Origin: Ignicoccus islandicus DSM 13165
GTDB taxonomy: Archaea; Thermoproteota; Thermoprotei_A; Sulfolobales; Ignicoccaceae
Direction: 5' to 3'
DNA: 32,000 bases
NCBI RefSeq assembly: GCF_001481685.1
Contig: NZ_CP006867.1
Location: 1,080,001 to 1,112,000, forward strand
Positions 8,726-17,953 of this stretch are shown here, piece after piece. A program made the translations under genes and the position numbers. The notes beneath the pieces are model-generated. The model did not search any database, had not been told where the DNA came from, and saw only the letters and a list, made by a program, of their open reading frames with translations. Each line of letters opens with the position of its first letter. Positions within the stretch are counted from its first letter, which is position 1.

Positions 8726-10690
8726 TTGGGAGAATATATGAGAAGGCTTCTCCTAGTGACCTTAATCAGTGCGATGCTCCTCAGTTCCATGGAACTGAGG
8801 TTACTGTGGACGTTCGACAAACCGGGAAACGCTATAGAAGACATGGCGTTCTCGCCCAACGGTCTCCTCGGTATCGCTTCGTGGGACAACTGCGCCTACA
8901 TTGTTGACCAAAACGGTAATCTCTTAAATAAGAAATGCGGATGGGACGATATGAGAGACAGCGACTACTTGAACGGGGTGTTTGGTTTCGTAAATCAAGA
9001 CGACTACGTTTACCTCTTCTGGGAAGGCAAGGCCTCTTGGAAGGTAATAGATGTTGGATATAAACACAATAGGGCGATTGCCCTATACGACTACGGCTTC
9101 GTCGCTTGCAACAACTACTGCGCCAAATACGACTTCGATGGACACTTGATATGGGAGGTAGAGGTAGGCGGAGAAGTTGAGGAAGCGGTCGTCCATAGCG
9201 GCTACGTGTACCTAGCCAACAAGTACGGCGAGAAGCTTCAAGTACTCGACCTCAGTCTAGGTCAAATAGTTAAAGAGATAGAGTACGATGAAGCTCCTAG
9301 CGGGGTTAGCGTTTGCGGGAACTACTTGGCGGTAACAGCTAAAGAGCTATACCTTTATGATATTAGCGATCCAGCCGATCCGAAGTTATTGTGGAAGACC
9401 AAGGGATTGGAAATAGATAGCTATCAGCATTCGCCAGCTTTCTCGCCCGACTGCAAGTACATCGCTGTCGCTAACAGCAAAAAGGAACTCCGCATATACG
9501 ATGTAGAAGGCAATTGGGTCTATAGGAGACATTTACCGGGTATATGGTCAGTAGCTTGGTGGAGGGATAGGATATCTATAGGATATAAGGACGGTAAAGT
9601 AGAAACTTACCAAGTGATAGGATACGTTCAACGAGAAAGAAGCGCGCTAGTGAAGGCAATGGTAGTAGTAAGTAACCCCAACAGCTACGACCTCAAGGAC
9701 TACCAAGTAAGGGTGAGACTACCAGTAGACCTCAAGAACAAGCCAATAGCAATAACCTACAACGATTCCCCAGTTCCATTCTGTTACGAAACTACTAATT
9801 ACGAGTGCACAACAGACCCAACAAAGGGCAACGGTTACGTTTGGATAAAGGTTCCATTCATACCGACCAACGGAGAGACCTTCTTGAAGGTAATCGTTGG
9901 AACCAACGGAGCAGTTAGCGGAGATAAGGTATTCGACTTCTACGACGACTTCTCTTACCCCAACGGGCCCTTCGAGGGAAACGAAAAGTGGGAGGTTCAT
10001 CGATACTCTGATGATAGATCTAAGGAGTGCGTAATCGATAACGGCATACTGTGGTTAGTGGAAAAGAGCTGGAACAAGGGTTGCAACGTATTGGCCAAGA
10101 ACTTGCGAGTGAAGTACAACGATAAGGTAGTAATAGAGTTCGAGTTCAAAGTAGATTACGTTTGCGGAAACGTAAATGACGGCGATGGTCTGAGCTTGGT
10201 AATAGATGGAAAGGATACTGCTCCTGATAGAGGATGTAGTAGCGGTTTCCGCAATCAGAATCAAGGCATTAACGTAAACGTAAATACGGGCGAAGGAACT
10301 AGGGGTTCAGTTAGCGTAAGCAATACGCCGGAAGCATGCAGCATCGGTAGCGATGACCTAGTTTACATCGACGCGTCACCCAAGAAGTCCCAGCTGAGCG
10401 ATGGAATAGTTAAAGTCAGCTTGACTGGAAGCGAAGTTAGAGTTCGTTACGAGGACTTGAACCCAGATGGAGGTAGGATCTCCGGATCCATGACATATCC
10501 TATATGGAATCCCGGGGGATTGGGATACTTAATGTTAGGAGCGGGAACTAGCTGTTCGGAGTGCTCTAAGAGTGGGTGCAATAGCTTGGATTCAGCTCAC
10601 GGCGTGGATTGGATTAGGGTTAGGAAGTACGCCGATGATATGGTAGTGGGAATAGTGGTCCACTTAAGAAACTCAGATAGGCTTAGGTAG
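8726..10690 (+). CDS. Exported multidomain protein: beta-propeller-like N-terminus plus DUF2341 / concanavalin-like C-terminal module
   Basis: Signal peptide (MRRLLLVTLISAMLLSSM, probable ATG at 8738). Propeller-like half similar to the 6319-7311 product; then AMVVVSNPNSYDLKDYQVRVRLPVDL...FYDDFSYPNGPFEGNEKWEV...VDWIRVRKYADD, characteristic of DUF2341 followed by a LamG/ConA-like fold. Confidence 0.75.
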   Translation: MGEYMRRLLLVTLISAMLLSSMELRLLWTFDKPGNAIEDMAFSPNGLLGIASWDNCAYIVDQNGNLLNKKCGWDDMRDSDYLNGVFGFVNQDDYVYLFWEGKASWKVIDVGYKHNRAIALYDYGFVACNNYCAKYDFDGHLIWEVEVGGEVEEAVVHSGYVYLANKYGEKLQVLDLSLGQIVKEIEYDEAPSGVSVCGNYLAVTAKELYLYDISDPADPKLLWKTKGLEIDSYQHSPAFSPDCKYIAVANSKKELRIYDVEGNWVYRRHLPGIWSVAWWRDRISIGYKDGKVETYQVIGYVQRERSALVKAMVVVSNPNSYDLKDYQVRVRLPVDLKNKPIAITYNDSPVPFCYETTNYECTTDPTKGNGYVWIKVPFIPTNGETFLKVIVGTNGAVSGDKVFDFYDDFSYPNGPFEGNEKWEVHRYSDDRSKECVIDNGILWLVEKSWNKGCNVLAKNLRVKYNDKVVIEFEFKVDYVCGNVNDGDGLSLVIDGKDTAPDRGCSSGFRNQNQGINVNVNTGEGTRGSVSVSNTPEACSIGSDDLVYIDASPKKSQLSDGIVKVSLTGSEVRVRYEDLNPDGGRISGSMTYPIWNPGGLGYLMLGAGTSCSECSKSGCNSLDSAHGVDWIRVRKYADDMVVGIVVHLRNSDRLR

Positions 10691-10771
10691 GGTTCCTTCT
10701 CGGACCCAGCTGGGCCATCCGATCCTTCAGTTAAATCTCTCGAACCCTCTTGCTCCGCTGGGAACGCGAAA

Positions 10772-11467
10772 TTGGAGAGGCCCCTAGTAATAGGTCATAG
10801 GGGAGCTAGGTACGTAGTGAAGGAAAATACCCTACAAGCGTTCACTTACGCGCTCGAAAACGGCGCTGACGGCGTGGAGTGCGACGTTTGGAAAGCTAGA
10901 GATGGGAGCTTGGTGGTAACGCATAACAGGGAGATCGAGATAGGCAAGAGGAAATACGACGTCAAGTCATTGACCCTAAGGCAAATAAAGAGCATGAAGC
11001 CAACCGTTCCGACCTTGAAGGAGGTCCTTGCTTTGGTCGTTGGGAAATACAAAGCTAAGCTGTTCGTGGAGCTTAAGGATCCTTCCGCAACTGAGAAGCT
11101 AGACCAAACGCTTGAAGGGTGGGAGAACGTAACTGTAATATCGTTCTATGCCCCTGCATTAAGGGAACTGAAGTATCCGAGCAAGGGGTTGTTATTCGTA
11201 TTGAGACCGTTATCCCTCTCTAGCTTAGTTGAAGGCCTTAATATAGAATGGATTGCGCCTAGGAGAGACATGATCGACGAGAAATTGATGGACGAGGCAA
11301 AGGACTTGGGGTTGAAGGTGTTGAGTTGGCTTCATAATACACCCAAGGAAGTCAGAGAGGCATTGAAGCTTAAGGTAGATGCAATGGCTACTGATCGACC
11401 GGATTTGGCCGTCAAGTGGCTCAGGAGCTCTATTAAGAGTTTAGACCATTGGTTTCAATCGCAATAG
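10772..11467 (+). CDS. Glycerophosphodiester phosphodiesterase family protein
   Basis: GHRGARYVVKENTLQAFTYALENGADGVECDVWKARDGSLVVTHN is the GDPD signature; later VELKD. Confidence 0.92.
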   Translation: MERPLVIGHRGARYVVKENTLQAFTYALENGADGVECDVWKARDGSLVVTHNREIEIGKRKYDVKSLTLRQIKSMKPTVPTLKEVLALVVGKYKAKLFVELKDPSATEKLDQTLEGWENVTVISFYAPALRELKYPSKGLLFVLRPLSLSSLVEGLNIEWIAPRRDMIDEKLMDEAKDLGLKVLSWLHNTPKEVREALKLKVDAMATDRPDLAVKWLRSSIKSLDHWFQSQ

Positions 11468-11519
11468 TTGTCATCAGTAAATAGCTTCCCCGTCCGTGGA
11501 GACGCGTGGGAAGTAAGGA

Positions 11520-13376
11520 ATGTACTGGATCTCCAGAGCGAAAAGCGAGTTCGTAAAGAAAGTCGCTGAAGAACTGAGCGAAAGAGGTTTGAAAGTAGAT
11601 TTAAACGAGATAGAAAGATCTATCGCACCACCTCCATCGCCGGACTTGGGCGACTGGGGCATACCTCTATTTAAGTACTCAAAGGCATTGAAAGTGAAGC
11701 CCCACGACTTGGCCAAGGAACTGGCCGAGAGCGCGAGGCTCGAATGGGCCAAAAGGCTCTTGCCAGTAGGCGGTTACCTCAACGTAGAGGTGGACGTCAA
11801 TAAAGTCGCTAAGGAGATACTGGATGAGGCCGTTAAGGGCGACTACGGTAAGTGGAACTTTCAAGGAAGGAAGGTCGTTGAACACACTTCCGCCAACCCG
11901 GTCCACCCGCTTCACATAGGTCACGTTAGGAACATGTTCTTAGGAGATAGCCTTCAAAGGATACTGAGGAATTACGGGAACGCCGTTCAGACTAGGTTCT
12001 ACGTCAACGACGTGGGCAGGCAAGTAGTAATCCTCATTTACGGACTATTGAAGCTAGGCCGTCTCTTGCCCCCGGAAGGCGAGAAGGCCGATCATTGGTA
12101 CGGTAAGGTATATAGCGTCACTAACGCAGTAATAGAGCTCAAAGGCCCAGATAGGGACGAATGGATTGAGGTAGCTAGAGAGCTTAGGGAGAGGTATCCC
12201 GAAATATACACGAAAATAGAGGAAGAGCTCAAGGATAAGAGGTACGAGGAAATTAACGAGGAGCTTTCAACCCTTATGAAGAAGTACGAGGAAGGCGAAA
12301 GGGAGACTAAAGAAATCTTTAGGACTGTAGTGAACGAGGTCCTCAAAGGATTTATGGAAAGCATGAAGCTAGTGGGCGTTTCAGTTGAGAAGTGGGACTG
12401 GGAAAGCGATTTGATATGGAGCGGCGAAGTGAAAAGGATAATCGAAATGGCTATCGAAAAGGGAATAGCTAAAGAGAAGGATGGTGCCTTAGTAATAGAA
12501 TTCACTGACGTAGACGACGAAATTAGAAAGAAGCTGAGGATTCCCAAAGGATTGGAGATCCCGCCTCTAGTTCTAGTAAGAAGAGATGGGACGACTCTTT
12601 ACACTACCAGAGACATCGCCTATACTATTAAGAAATTTGAGGAGTTCAATGCTGATGAAGTGATAAATGTAATAGCAACCGAACAGAGACTACCTCAAAT
12701 ACAGCTCAGGCTCGCTCTCTGGAAGTTAGGATTTGAAAAGTACGCAGAGAACCTGATTCACTATGCATACGAGATGGTGAACGTCCCCGGAATGAAGATG
12801 AGCGGCAGGAGGGGCAGAATGATTACACTGGACTGGCTAGTGGAAGAGGCCATTAAGAGAGTGAGACCTCTAGTAGAGGAAAGGAGCGTACTGCAAGGTA
12901 AGGAAAAGGAAGAGATAGCTAAGAAAGTCGCCATAGGCGCAATAAAGTTCGCGATGGTCTCAGTTTCAAAGGATAAGCCCATAACCTTCAAATGGGAAGA
13001 TGTGCTGAACTTCGAAAGGAACTCGGCTCCTTACCTCCAGTATACTTACGCGAGGGCTAAGGGGATATTGAGGAAAATAGAGGCAATTTCCATCCCAGAT
13101 TATTCGAAAGCTGAGGCGCACAAGGAAGTGATTTTGAAGATCGCTGAGTTCCCAGAAGTAACTAGGAAGGCCGCAGAAGATCTCGCACCGGAGAAAATAG
13201 CCGTTTACTTGCTCGACTTGGCCGACTCCTTTAATAAGTTCTACCACGAACATCCCGTTGCAACGGAGCCCGACGAAGGATATAGGTCTTTGAAGGCTCT
13301 AATAGTAGAGGCTACTGCAAACGTCATTAAGAGGGGACTGAATCTCCTAGGCATCGAAGCACCGGGGAGGATGTGA
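11520..13376 (+). CDS. argS: Arginyl-tRNA synthetase
   Basis: TSANPVHPLHIGHVRNMFLGDSLQRIL (HIGH motif), YTTRDIAYTIKKFEE, MSGRRG in place of KMSKS, C-terminal DALR-type anticodon-binding domain. Confidence 0.95.
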   Translation: MYWISRAKSEFVKKVAEELSERGLKVDLNEIERSIAPPPSPDLGDWGIPLFKYSKALKVKPHDLAKELAESARLEWAKRLLPVGGYLNVEVDVNKVAKEILDEAVKGDYGKWNFQGRKVVEHTSANPVHPLHIGHVRNMFLGDSLQRILRNYGNAVQTRFYVNDVGRQVVILIYGLLKLGRLLPPEGEKADHWYGKVYSVTNAVIELKGPDRDEWIEVARELRERYPEIYTKIEEELKDKRYEEINEELSTLMKKYEEGERETKEIFRTVVNEVLKGFMESMKLVGVSVEKWDWESDLIWSGEVKRIIEMAIEKGIAKEKDGALVIEFTDVDDEIRKKLRIPKGLEIPPLVLVRRDGTTLYTTRDIAYTIKKFEEFNADEVINVIATEQRLPQIQLRLALWKLGFEKYAENLIHYAYEMVNVPGMKMSGRRGRMITLDWLVEEAIKRVRPLVEERSVLQGKEKEEIAKKVAIGAIKFAMVSVSKDKPITFKWEDVLNFERNSAPYLQYTYARAKGILRKIEAISIPDYSKAEAHKEVILKIAEFPEVTRKAAEDLAPEKIAVYLLDLADSFNKFYHEHPVATEPDEGYRSLKALIVEATANVIKRGLNLLGIEAPGRM

Positions 13377-14579
13377 ATGGACGTTGAGGACTTAGCGAGG
13401 TTCCTATTGAACAAAGGATTTAGCGAAGACGAAGTAAAGGCCCTCATAACTTTCCTGGCTACCTTTAGAAAAGGCTTGGATTTCCAACGCTCCTCGAGAA
13501 TAGCAGATGGAGTAATTAGGGACGTCGAAACGTCGTCTAGAGTTCTGGGACCTTACAAGCCTAGGGAATTCGGCGTAAGGGTTGGTGAGGCTGGAGTAGG
13601 CTCTCGAGGCACGGGCGATCTAGCGATCCACAGCGTGCTCCTTAAGCTCACGAAATCAGGGGACGCATTCAAGAAAGGGAATTTAGTAGCGGCAGTAGAC
13701 GGCTTCCACTCGCGATTGAATCCCGTGCCGTTACTTATGGGATTCCACGCAACGAGGGCGGCTTTAAGAGACGTAATGGTGGCTGGCGGAGAACCTCTCC
13801 TTACTTTAATAGATGTTCATTTGGCAGACGATACGGACTTGGCCTATTTAATAGACGTTAGCGTTGGAGCGAAAGTGGCTAGCGATGCATGTGGTGCAGA
13901 GTTCGGTGGAGGAAGTACGCTCAGGATAGGGGGCGACATGGTTTGGGGCTCACGGGTCACTGGAGGAAGCTTCGCCCTCGGAAGGCTAGTTAGGGACTTA
14001 AATAGGTTCAACGCACGTCCCGGTTTGAAGCTCTGCTCAACTATAGGTAAGGGAGGCGGTACAGTAACTGCCATTGCCTTGTATCACGGCATTGAAGAAC
14101 TAGTGGAGCTCACGCTAAACGTTGACTTCTGCTATCAAATGAGGCGATTCGTGAGGGACGAAAACGTCAAGGCAGCGTTCGATTGGACTAACGGAGGCAT
14201 TCTGTTGGATGCGTTTGAGATAAGCGAAGAGCTGGGAGTTAAGGTTAGCTTGAATAAGAAGGTTTACGATGCAGTCCATCCTAAATTGCGGAAAGCTCTT
14301 GAAGAGTTGGATTTAGACCCTCTTTCAACCAGTGTGGACGCAATTGTATTAATAGCTGAGAAGTGCCCCGAGGACACAATAGAGATAGGAACCATAGAGG
14401 AAGGTAGGGGCGTTTACTTGGAAGGCAAGGAGCTCGAACCCTCGTTTAGAGAGGCCCCATACACTCACCTCAAGAAGGCCGTCGAATCCATCTCGAAGAG
14501 AATAGATATTAATGATCTAGTTAATTACGAAATGGAGAGGTTGGAGTTCCTCAAGAACAAGGTCAGAAGCTCTTATTGA
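13377..14579 (+). CDS. AIR synthase (PurM/HypE/SelD superfamily)-related protein, substrate unknown
   Basis: VVAAVDGFHSRLN..., GFHATRAALRDVMVAGGEPLLTLIDVHLADD and C-terminal AIRS_C-like glycine-rich segments. Starts immediately after the argS stop. Confidence 0.78.
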   Translation: MDVEDLARFLLNKGFSEDEVKALITFLATFRKGLDFQRSSRIADGVIRDVETSSRVLGPYKPREFGVRVGEAGVGSRGTGDLAIHSVLLKLTKSGDAFKKGNLVAAVDGFHSRLNPVPLLMGFHATRAALRDVMVAGGEPLLTLIDVHLADDTDLAYLIDVSVGAKVASDACGAEFGGGSTLRIGGDMVWGSRVTGGSFALGRLVRDLNRFNARPGLKLCSTIGKGGGTVTAIALYHGIEELVELTLNVDFCYQMRRFVRDENVKAAFDWTNGGILLDAFEISEELGVKVSLNKKVYDAVHPKLRKALEELDLDPLSTSVDAIVLIAEKCPEDTIEIGTIEEGRGVYLEGKELEPSFREAPYTHLKKAVESISKRIDINDLVNYEMERLEFLKNKVRSSY

Positions 14580-15267
14580 TCAAGACCTTCGCCGCGCTTT
14601 TCAATATCTCGCAACTGTCCCTATGGACGCAGTTATTGCAAGGCCTGGCATCGGGATTGTACACAATTTCCTTTATCATGCCTTCGCACTTGAACTGACT
14701 TACAATGTTCCTTAAGAACTCCTCATCGGCTTCGACCTTTTCCACCTTGACCTTTTCCGGTGTTATCATAACTATGTAGACTGGTACGTTAAGCGCGGCT
14801 GAGTAAATTTTGGTTTGGTACAAGCTCCGAATTCCTAGCTCGCCGCTACTCCTGTATTTTAATTCTATTGCGAACTTCTTGTTTGGACACTCAACGAACA
14901 TGTCCACGTGACCTACTACTTTGACCGTGTAAGGAGGACATGGAACGTTTACTTCTTTTTCTATTTCCTTCTCCGAAGTAATTACGCATCCGTCAACGAC
15001 CTTTCTATCATTTAAGCTCTCTAGCGCTATGTGAACCAATTGTCCCAAGAGCCACGAGACGCTGTTATTGTTACCGCTGAGCAAGTCCTTGATGAAACCC
15101 TTTAGGTCCTCCTCGTACGACTTCTTTTCCTCGAAGCGCGCACATCCCCTACTTAGTTTAGAAACGTGAACAACGTCTTCGCCATCGCTCAAGCTCTGGT
15201 CTTTGTCTTCTCTAGCTTTCTCGGTTACAGTTTTCAGTATTATCTCTAGTACGCTTTCATCGTTCAA
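14563..15267 (-). CDS. Stand-alone Cas4/RecB-like PD-(D/E)XK nuclease with predicted Fe-S cluster
   Basis: Upstream Cys (SKLSRGCARF), H in LGQLVHIALE, GHVDMFV (Asp), AIELKYR (E-x-K), QTKIYSAAL (QxxxY), C-terminal CNNCVHRDSC. This is the Cas4-family layout. 17-bp 3' overlap with the opposite-strand AIRS-like gene. Confidence 0.78.
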   Translation of the reverse strand: MNDESVLEIILKTVTEKAREDKDQSLSDGEDVVHVSKLSRGCARFEEKKSYEEDLKGFIKDLLSGNNNSVSWLLGQLVHIALESLNDRKVVDGCVITSEKEIEKEVNVPCPPYTVKVVGHVDMFVECPNKKFAIELKYRSSGELGIRSLYQTKIYSAALNVPVYIVMITPEKVKVEKVEADEEFLRNIVSQFKCEGMIKEIVYNPDARPCNNCVHRDSCEILKSAAKVLINKSF

Positions 15268-15332
15268 AAGACTCGTCCCAATGTTCGGAGGAAGATGTGT
15301 TCATTAATGTGTTTTATCCGAAAAAATTGAAC

Positions 15333-16328
15333 TTACTTTAAGAACGTAATGTAAATTATCGATGCCAAAGCAGCAATGGTCAAAACTAAGTTCACAGTCG
15401 TTAATAGTCTAAGGCTCTCTAGTTCTTTCCTCAAGGTCCCGGTCTCGCTTTCAATCTTTAGAGTAATCCTTTCGGAACTAGAGTTAATTTGGCCTTTCAC
15501 GTACTCTTTCAACTCATTCGTCTTCTCGCTCAGCCTCTCGTCTATCTTAGAGGTTAGTTCCTTGACTAATTTGGCCAGTTTGGAAACTTCTCCCTTGAGT
15601 CGATTGAGGGTTTGATTGAGCGCGTCTTTTATCGAAGACAAGGCACTAACGTGTTCTATTAACAGCTTGTTCTCGTTTTGCAGCTTTAGGGTTAGGTTCT
15701 TCAATTCATTAACGTTGTAATTCAATTCGTTAAAGATTACCTCGAGGTGGCTGAATGATTCGTTTAAGTAACTTCTTAACCTACCTAGTTCACTAGTTAG
15801 AGTAACGGTTGCGTTCTTCGTCTCAGTTTTTATCAATTCACTTAAGTTACTCTCTAGAACCTTAGCGTAATAGGTCACGTTAGTGAGTATTGCAAGCGTG
15901 TTGTTCATTATTGTTGAAGTAGTGGTTTCGTTTAAGACGTCTATCTTGGCACTCAAATTCGCTAGGGTCTCCTCGACGTCTTCGAGTTTGGTTATTGTTT
16001 CCTTGGTTAAGTTCATTAAATAGGGTAGTTTACGCTTGCTAACCTCTGTTTGGAGTACTAGGATTTCCCTAGTTTCCGCGTTTATCGTCTCAAGCTTCTT
16101 AGACACTCCTGCTTCCAATAACTCCAAAGTTTTGTTGAGGCCGTTCAAGGTCTCTTGCAATTGATCCCTTATTTCGTCCATCGATCCCTTAAGCTCGGTA
16201 ATCGTTGACTGAGTAGAAGCTACGTTACCGTTTACAATTGTTAGGTAGACTAGCGTTACGAGTCCAAATAAGGCTGCAGCGTATGTCGCCAAGCTGGTTA
16301 AGTCCACGCTACTCACCGTTCTCTTCAC
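15333..16328 (-). CDS. Coiled-coil protein with a TM segment at each end, unknown function
   Basis: TM near the N-terminus (LATYAAALFGLVTLVYLTIV), about 270 aa of heptad-like helix with many N-x-S/T sequons, and C-terminal TM (LLTTVNLVLTIAALASIIYITFL). Confidence 0.7.
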   Translation of the reverse strand: MKRTVSSVDLTSLATYAAALFGLVTLVYLTIVNGNVASTQSTITELKGSMDEIRDQLQETLNGLNKTLELLEAGVSKKLETINAETREILVLQTEVSKRKLPYLMNLTKETITKLEDVEETLANLSAKIDVLNETTTSTIMNNTLAILTNVTYYAKVLESNLSELIKTETKNATVTLTSELGRLRSYLNESFSHLEVIFNELNYNVNELKNLTLKLQNENKLLIEHVSALSSIKDALNQTLNRLKGEVSKLAKLVKELTSKIDERLSEKTNELKEYVKGQINSSSERITLKIESETGTLRKELESLRLLTTVNLVLTIAALASIIYITFLK

Positions 16329-16371
16329 TTAATAGCGATTTACAAATCTTTCCTAACGCAGGGGACGGGGT

Positions 16372-17205
16372 TTGCAGTTAGTATTGAAGCTGAGAAGGGA
16401 CTTCGAGAAGTGGTTAAAGGAAGACGTTCCTTACTACGACGTAACCGTTACTTCAATTAAGGACTTAATTAGAGATGGCGTGTTATTCGGCATCTACTCG
16501 AAGGAACCAGTGTACTTGTGCGAACTTGTGGGAATAGTGGAGGAAGCGTTGAGGGACTTCGGGATAGAGGCTAAGTTCGAAAGGGGATGGAGTGAGGGGT
16601 GGATTGGCGAAATAAGAGGCGATACCTCAACCATATTAACAATGGAGAGAACTCTCCTAAACTTCTTGATACACGTACTCTCTATTTCCACTGAAGTAAG
16701 GAAAGTAAGGGAGTTACTTAACCGAAGCGGTTTCGAAAACGTGAGGTTGGCTACTACAAGGAAAACTGTTCCCGGAATGAGAACGTGGGCGAAGCTCTTC
16801 GCCTCTTGCGCGGGGGCCGATACTCATAGGCTTGGCTTAAGCGACATGCTAATGATAAAGGACACCCATCTCGCAGCGGTGGGCGACTTCGAGAAAGCGT
16901 TAATTGAAGCATCGAAGAGGAAGAGCTTTTCTCACAAATTGGAAGTAGAGGTAAGGAACGAGGAACAAGCCTTGATAGCTTCCAAATACGCGGACGTAGT
17001 AATGCTAGATAACTTCCCACCTGAGAGAGCTAAGGAGGTCGCGTGCAAACTTAAAGCGATGTCTAACGTCATAATTGAGGTGTCTGGCGGCGTAAACAAG
17101 GACAACGTGCTTCAATACCTCAACGAATGCATCGACGTAGTCAGTATGGGCTACCTAACCATAAACCCACCACGCGTCGACCTCAGCATGAGGGTCAAGG
17201 AATGA
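16372..17205 (+). CDS. nadC: Nicotinate-nucleotide pyrophosphorylase (quinolinate phosphoribosyltransferase)
   Basis: ATTRKTVPGMRTWAKLFASCAGADTHRLGLSDMLMIKDTHL and VIIEVSGGVNKDNV-type motifs are diagnostic of NadC. Confidence 0.95.
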   Translation: MQLVLKLRRDFEKWLKEDVPYYDVTVTSIKDLIRDGVLFGIYSKEPVYLCELVGIVEEALRDFGIEAKFERGWSEGWIGEIRGDTSTILTMERTLLNFLIHVLSISTEVRKVRELLNRSGFENVRLATTRKTVPGMRTWAKLFASCAGADTHRLGLSDMLMIKDTHLAAVGDFEKALIEASKRKSFSHKLEVEVRNEEQALIASKYADVVMLDNFPPERAKEVACKLKAMSNVIIEVSGGVNKDNVLQYLNECIDVVSMGYLTINPPRVDLSMRVKE

Positions 17206-17942
17206 AGCTCTGCGTAATAGGTTGCGGCAACGTGGCGCGAATACTGAAGCGAGAACTAGCGAACTACGAGTTCACTTTCTTTGATAGGAATCCAAACAAG
17301 TGCTCCGAACTAGGTAAATACGTTAACTCGTTCGAGGAATTAATGGAGGCTGATTGCGATCTGGTAGTTGAAGCGGCTAGCCCTATGGCAGTAAGAGAAT
17401 ACGCCGAAAGAGCCTTGGAAAAGGCCGATTTGGTGGTCCTAAGCGTAGGTGCGCTAATTGACGAAGAGCTCTATAGAAAGCTTGTAGATAAGGCGAAGCT
17501 GCTTGGAAGGAGGATATACGTTCCTTCGGGAGCTATTGCCGGAATAGACGCCATAAAGGCCTTGAGAAGGGTGGGAATTAACGAGATAGAAATAGAAGTA
17601 AGGAAGAACCCGAAGTCGTTAGGAGTTTCCGCTAACGATGAGAAGGTTTTGTTTTACGGAGACGCCAAGGAAGCCGTCGAGAAGTTCCCATTCAACGTGA
17701 ACGTTGTAGCGACGCTCAAGCTCGCTTCGGGAGCTCCCGTAAAGGTGAAAGTAGTAGCAGATCCATCAATCAATAGGAACGTTCACACTATAAGGGTGAA
17801 GAGTAAGGCAAGCGACATATTCATAAGAGTGGAAAACGTACCCAGCCCGTACAACCCTAAGACCAGTTACTTAGCCGTTCTATCTATAATTGAATTAGTG
17901 GAAGAACTCTCCTCGCCTCACGTTATTAGAATTGGTAACTGA
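17202..17942 (+). CDS. nadX: L-aspartate dehydrogenase
   Basis: MKLCVIGCGNVARIL Rossmann motif, VVEAASPMAVREYAERAL, YVPSGAIAGIDAIKAL, NVPSPYNPKTSYLAVLSIIELVEEL. ATGA overlap with nadC; the track ORF start (17127) lies inside nadC. Confidence 0.92.
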   Translation: MKLCVIGCGNVARILKRELANYEFTFFDRNPNKCSELGKYVNSFEELMEADCDLVVEAASPMAVREYAERALEKADLVVLSVGALIDEELYRKLVDKAKLLGRRIYVPSGAIAGIDAIKALRRVGINEIEIEVRKNPKSLGVSANDEKVLFYGDAKEAVEKFPFNVNVVATLKLASGAPVKVKVVADPSINRNVHTIRVKSKASDIFIRVENVPSPYNPKTSYLAVLSIIELVEELSSPHVIRIGN

Positions 17943-17953
17943 GGGAGCGAACC

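Noticed and set aside
10690-10772. Palindromic CCCAGCTGGG motif between the DUF2341 protein and GDPD genes
   Set aside because: A single short palindrome with no T-rich tail or repeated copy; not enough to call a terminator or regulatory site.
12092-12547. 151-aa minus-strand ORF within argS
   Set aside because: Serine/leucine-rich shadow of the arginyl-tRNA synthetase coding strand.
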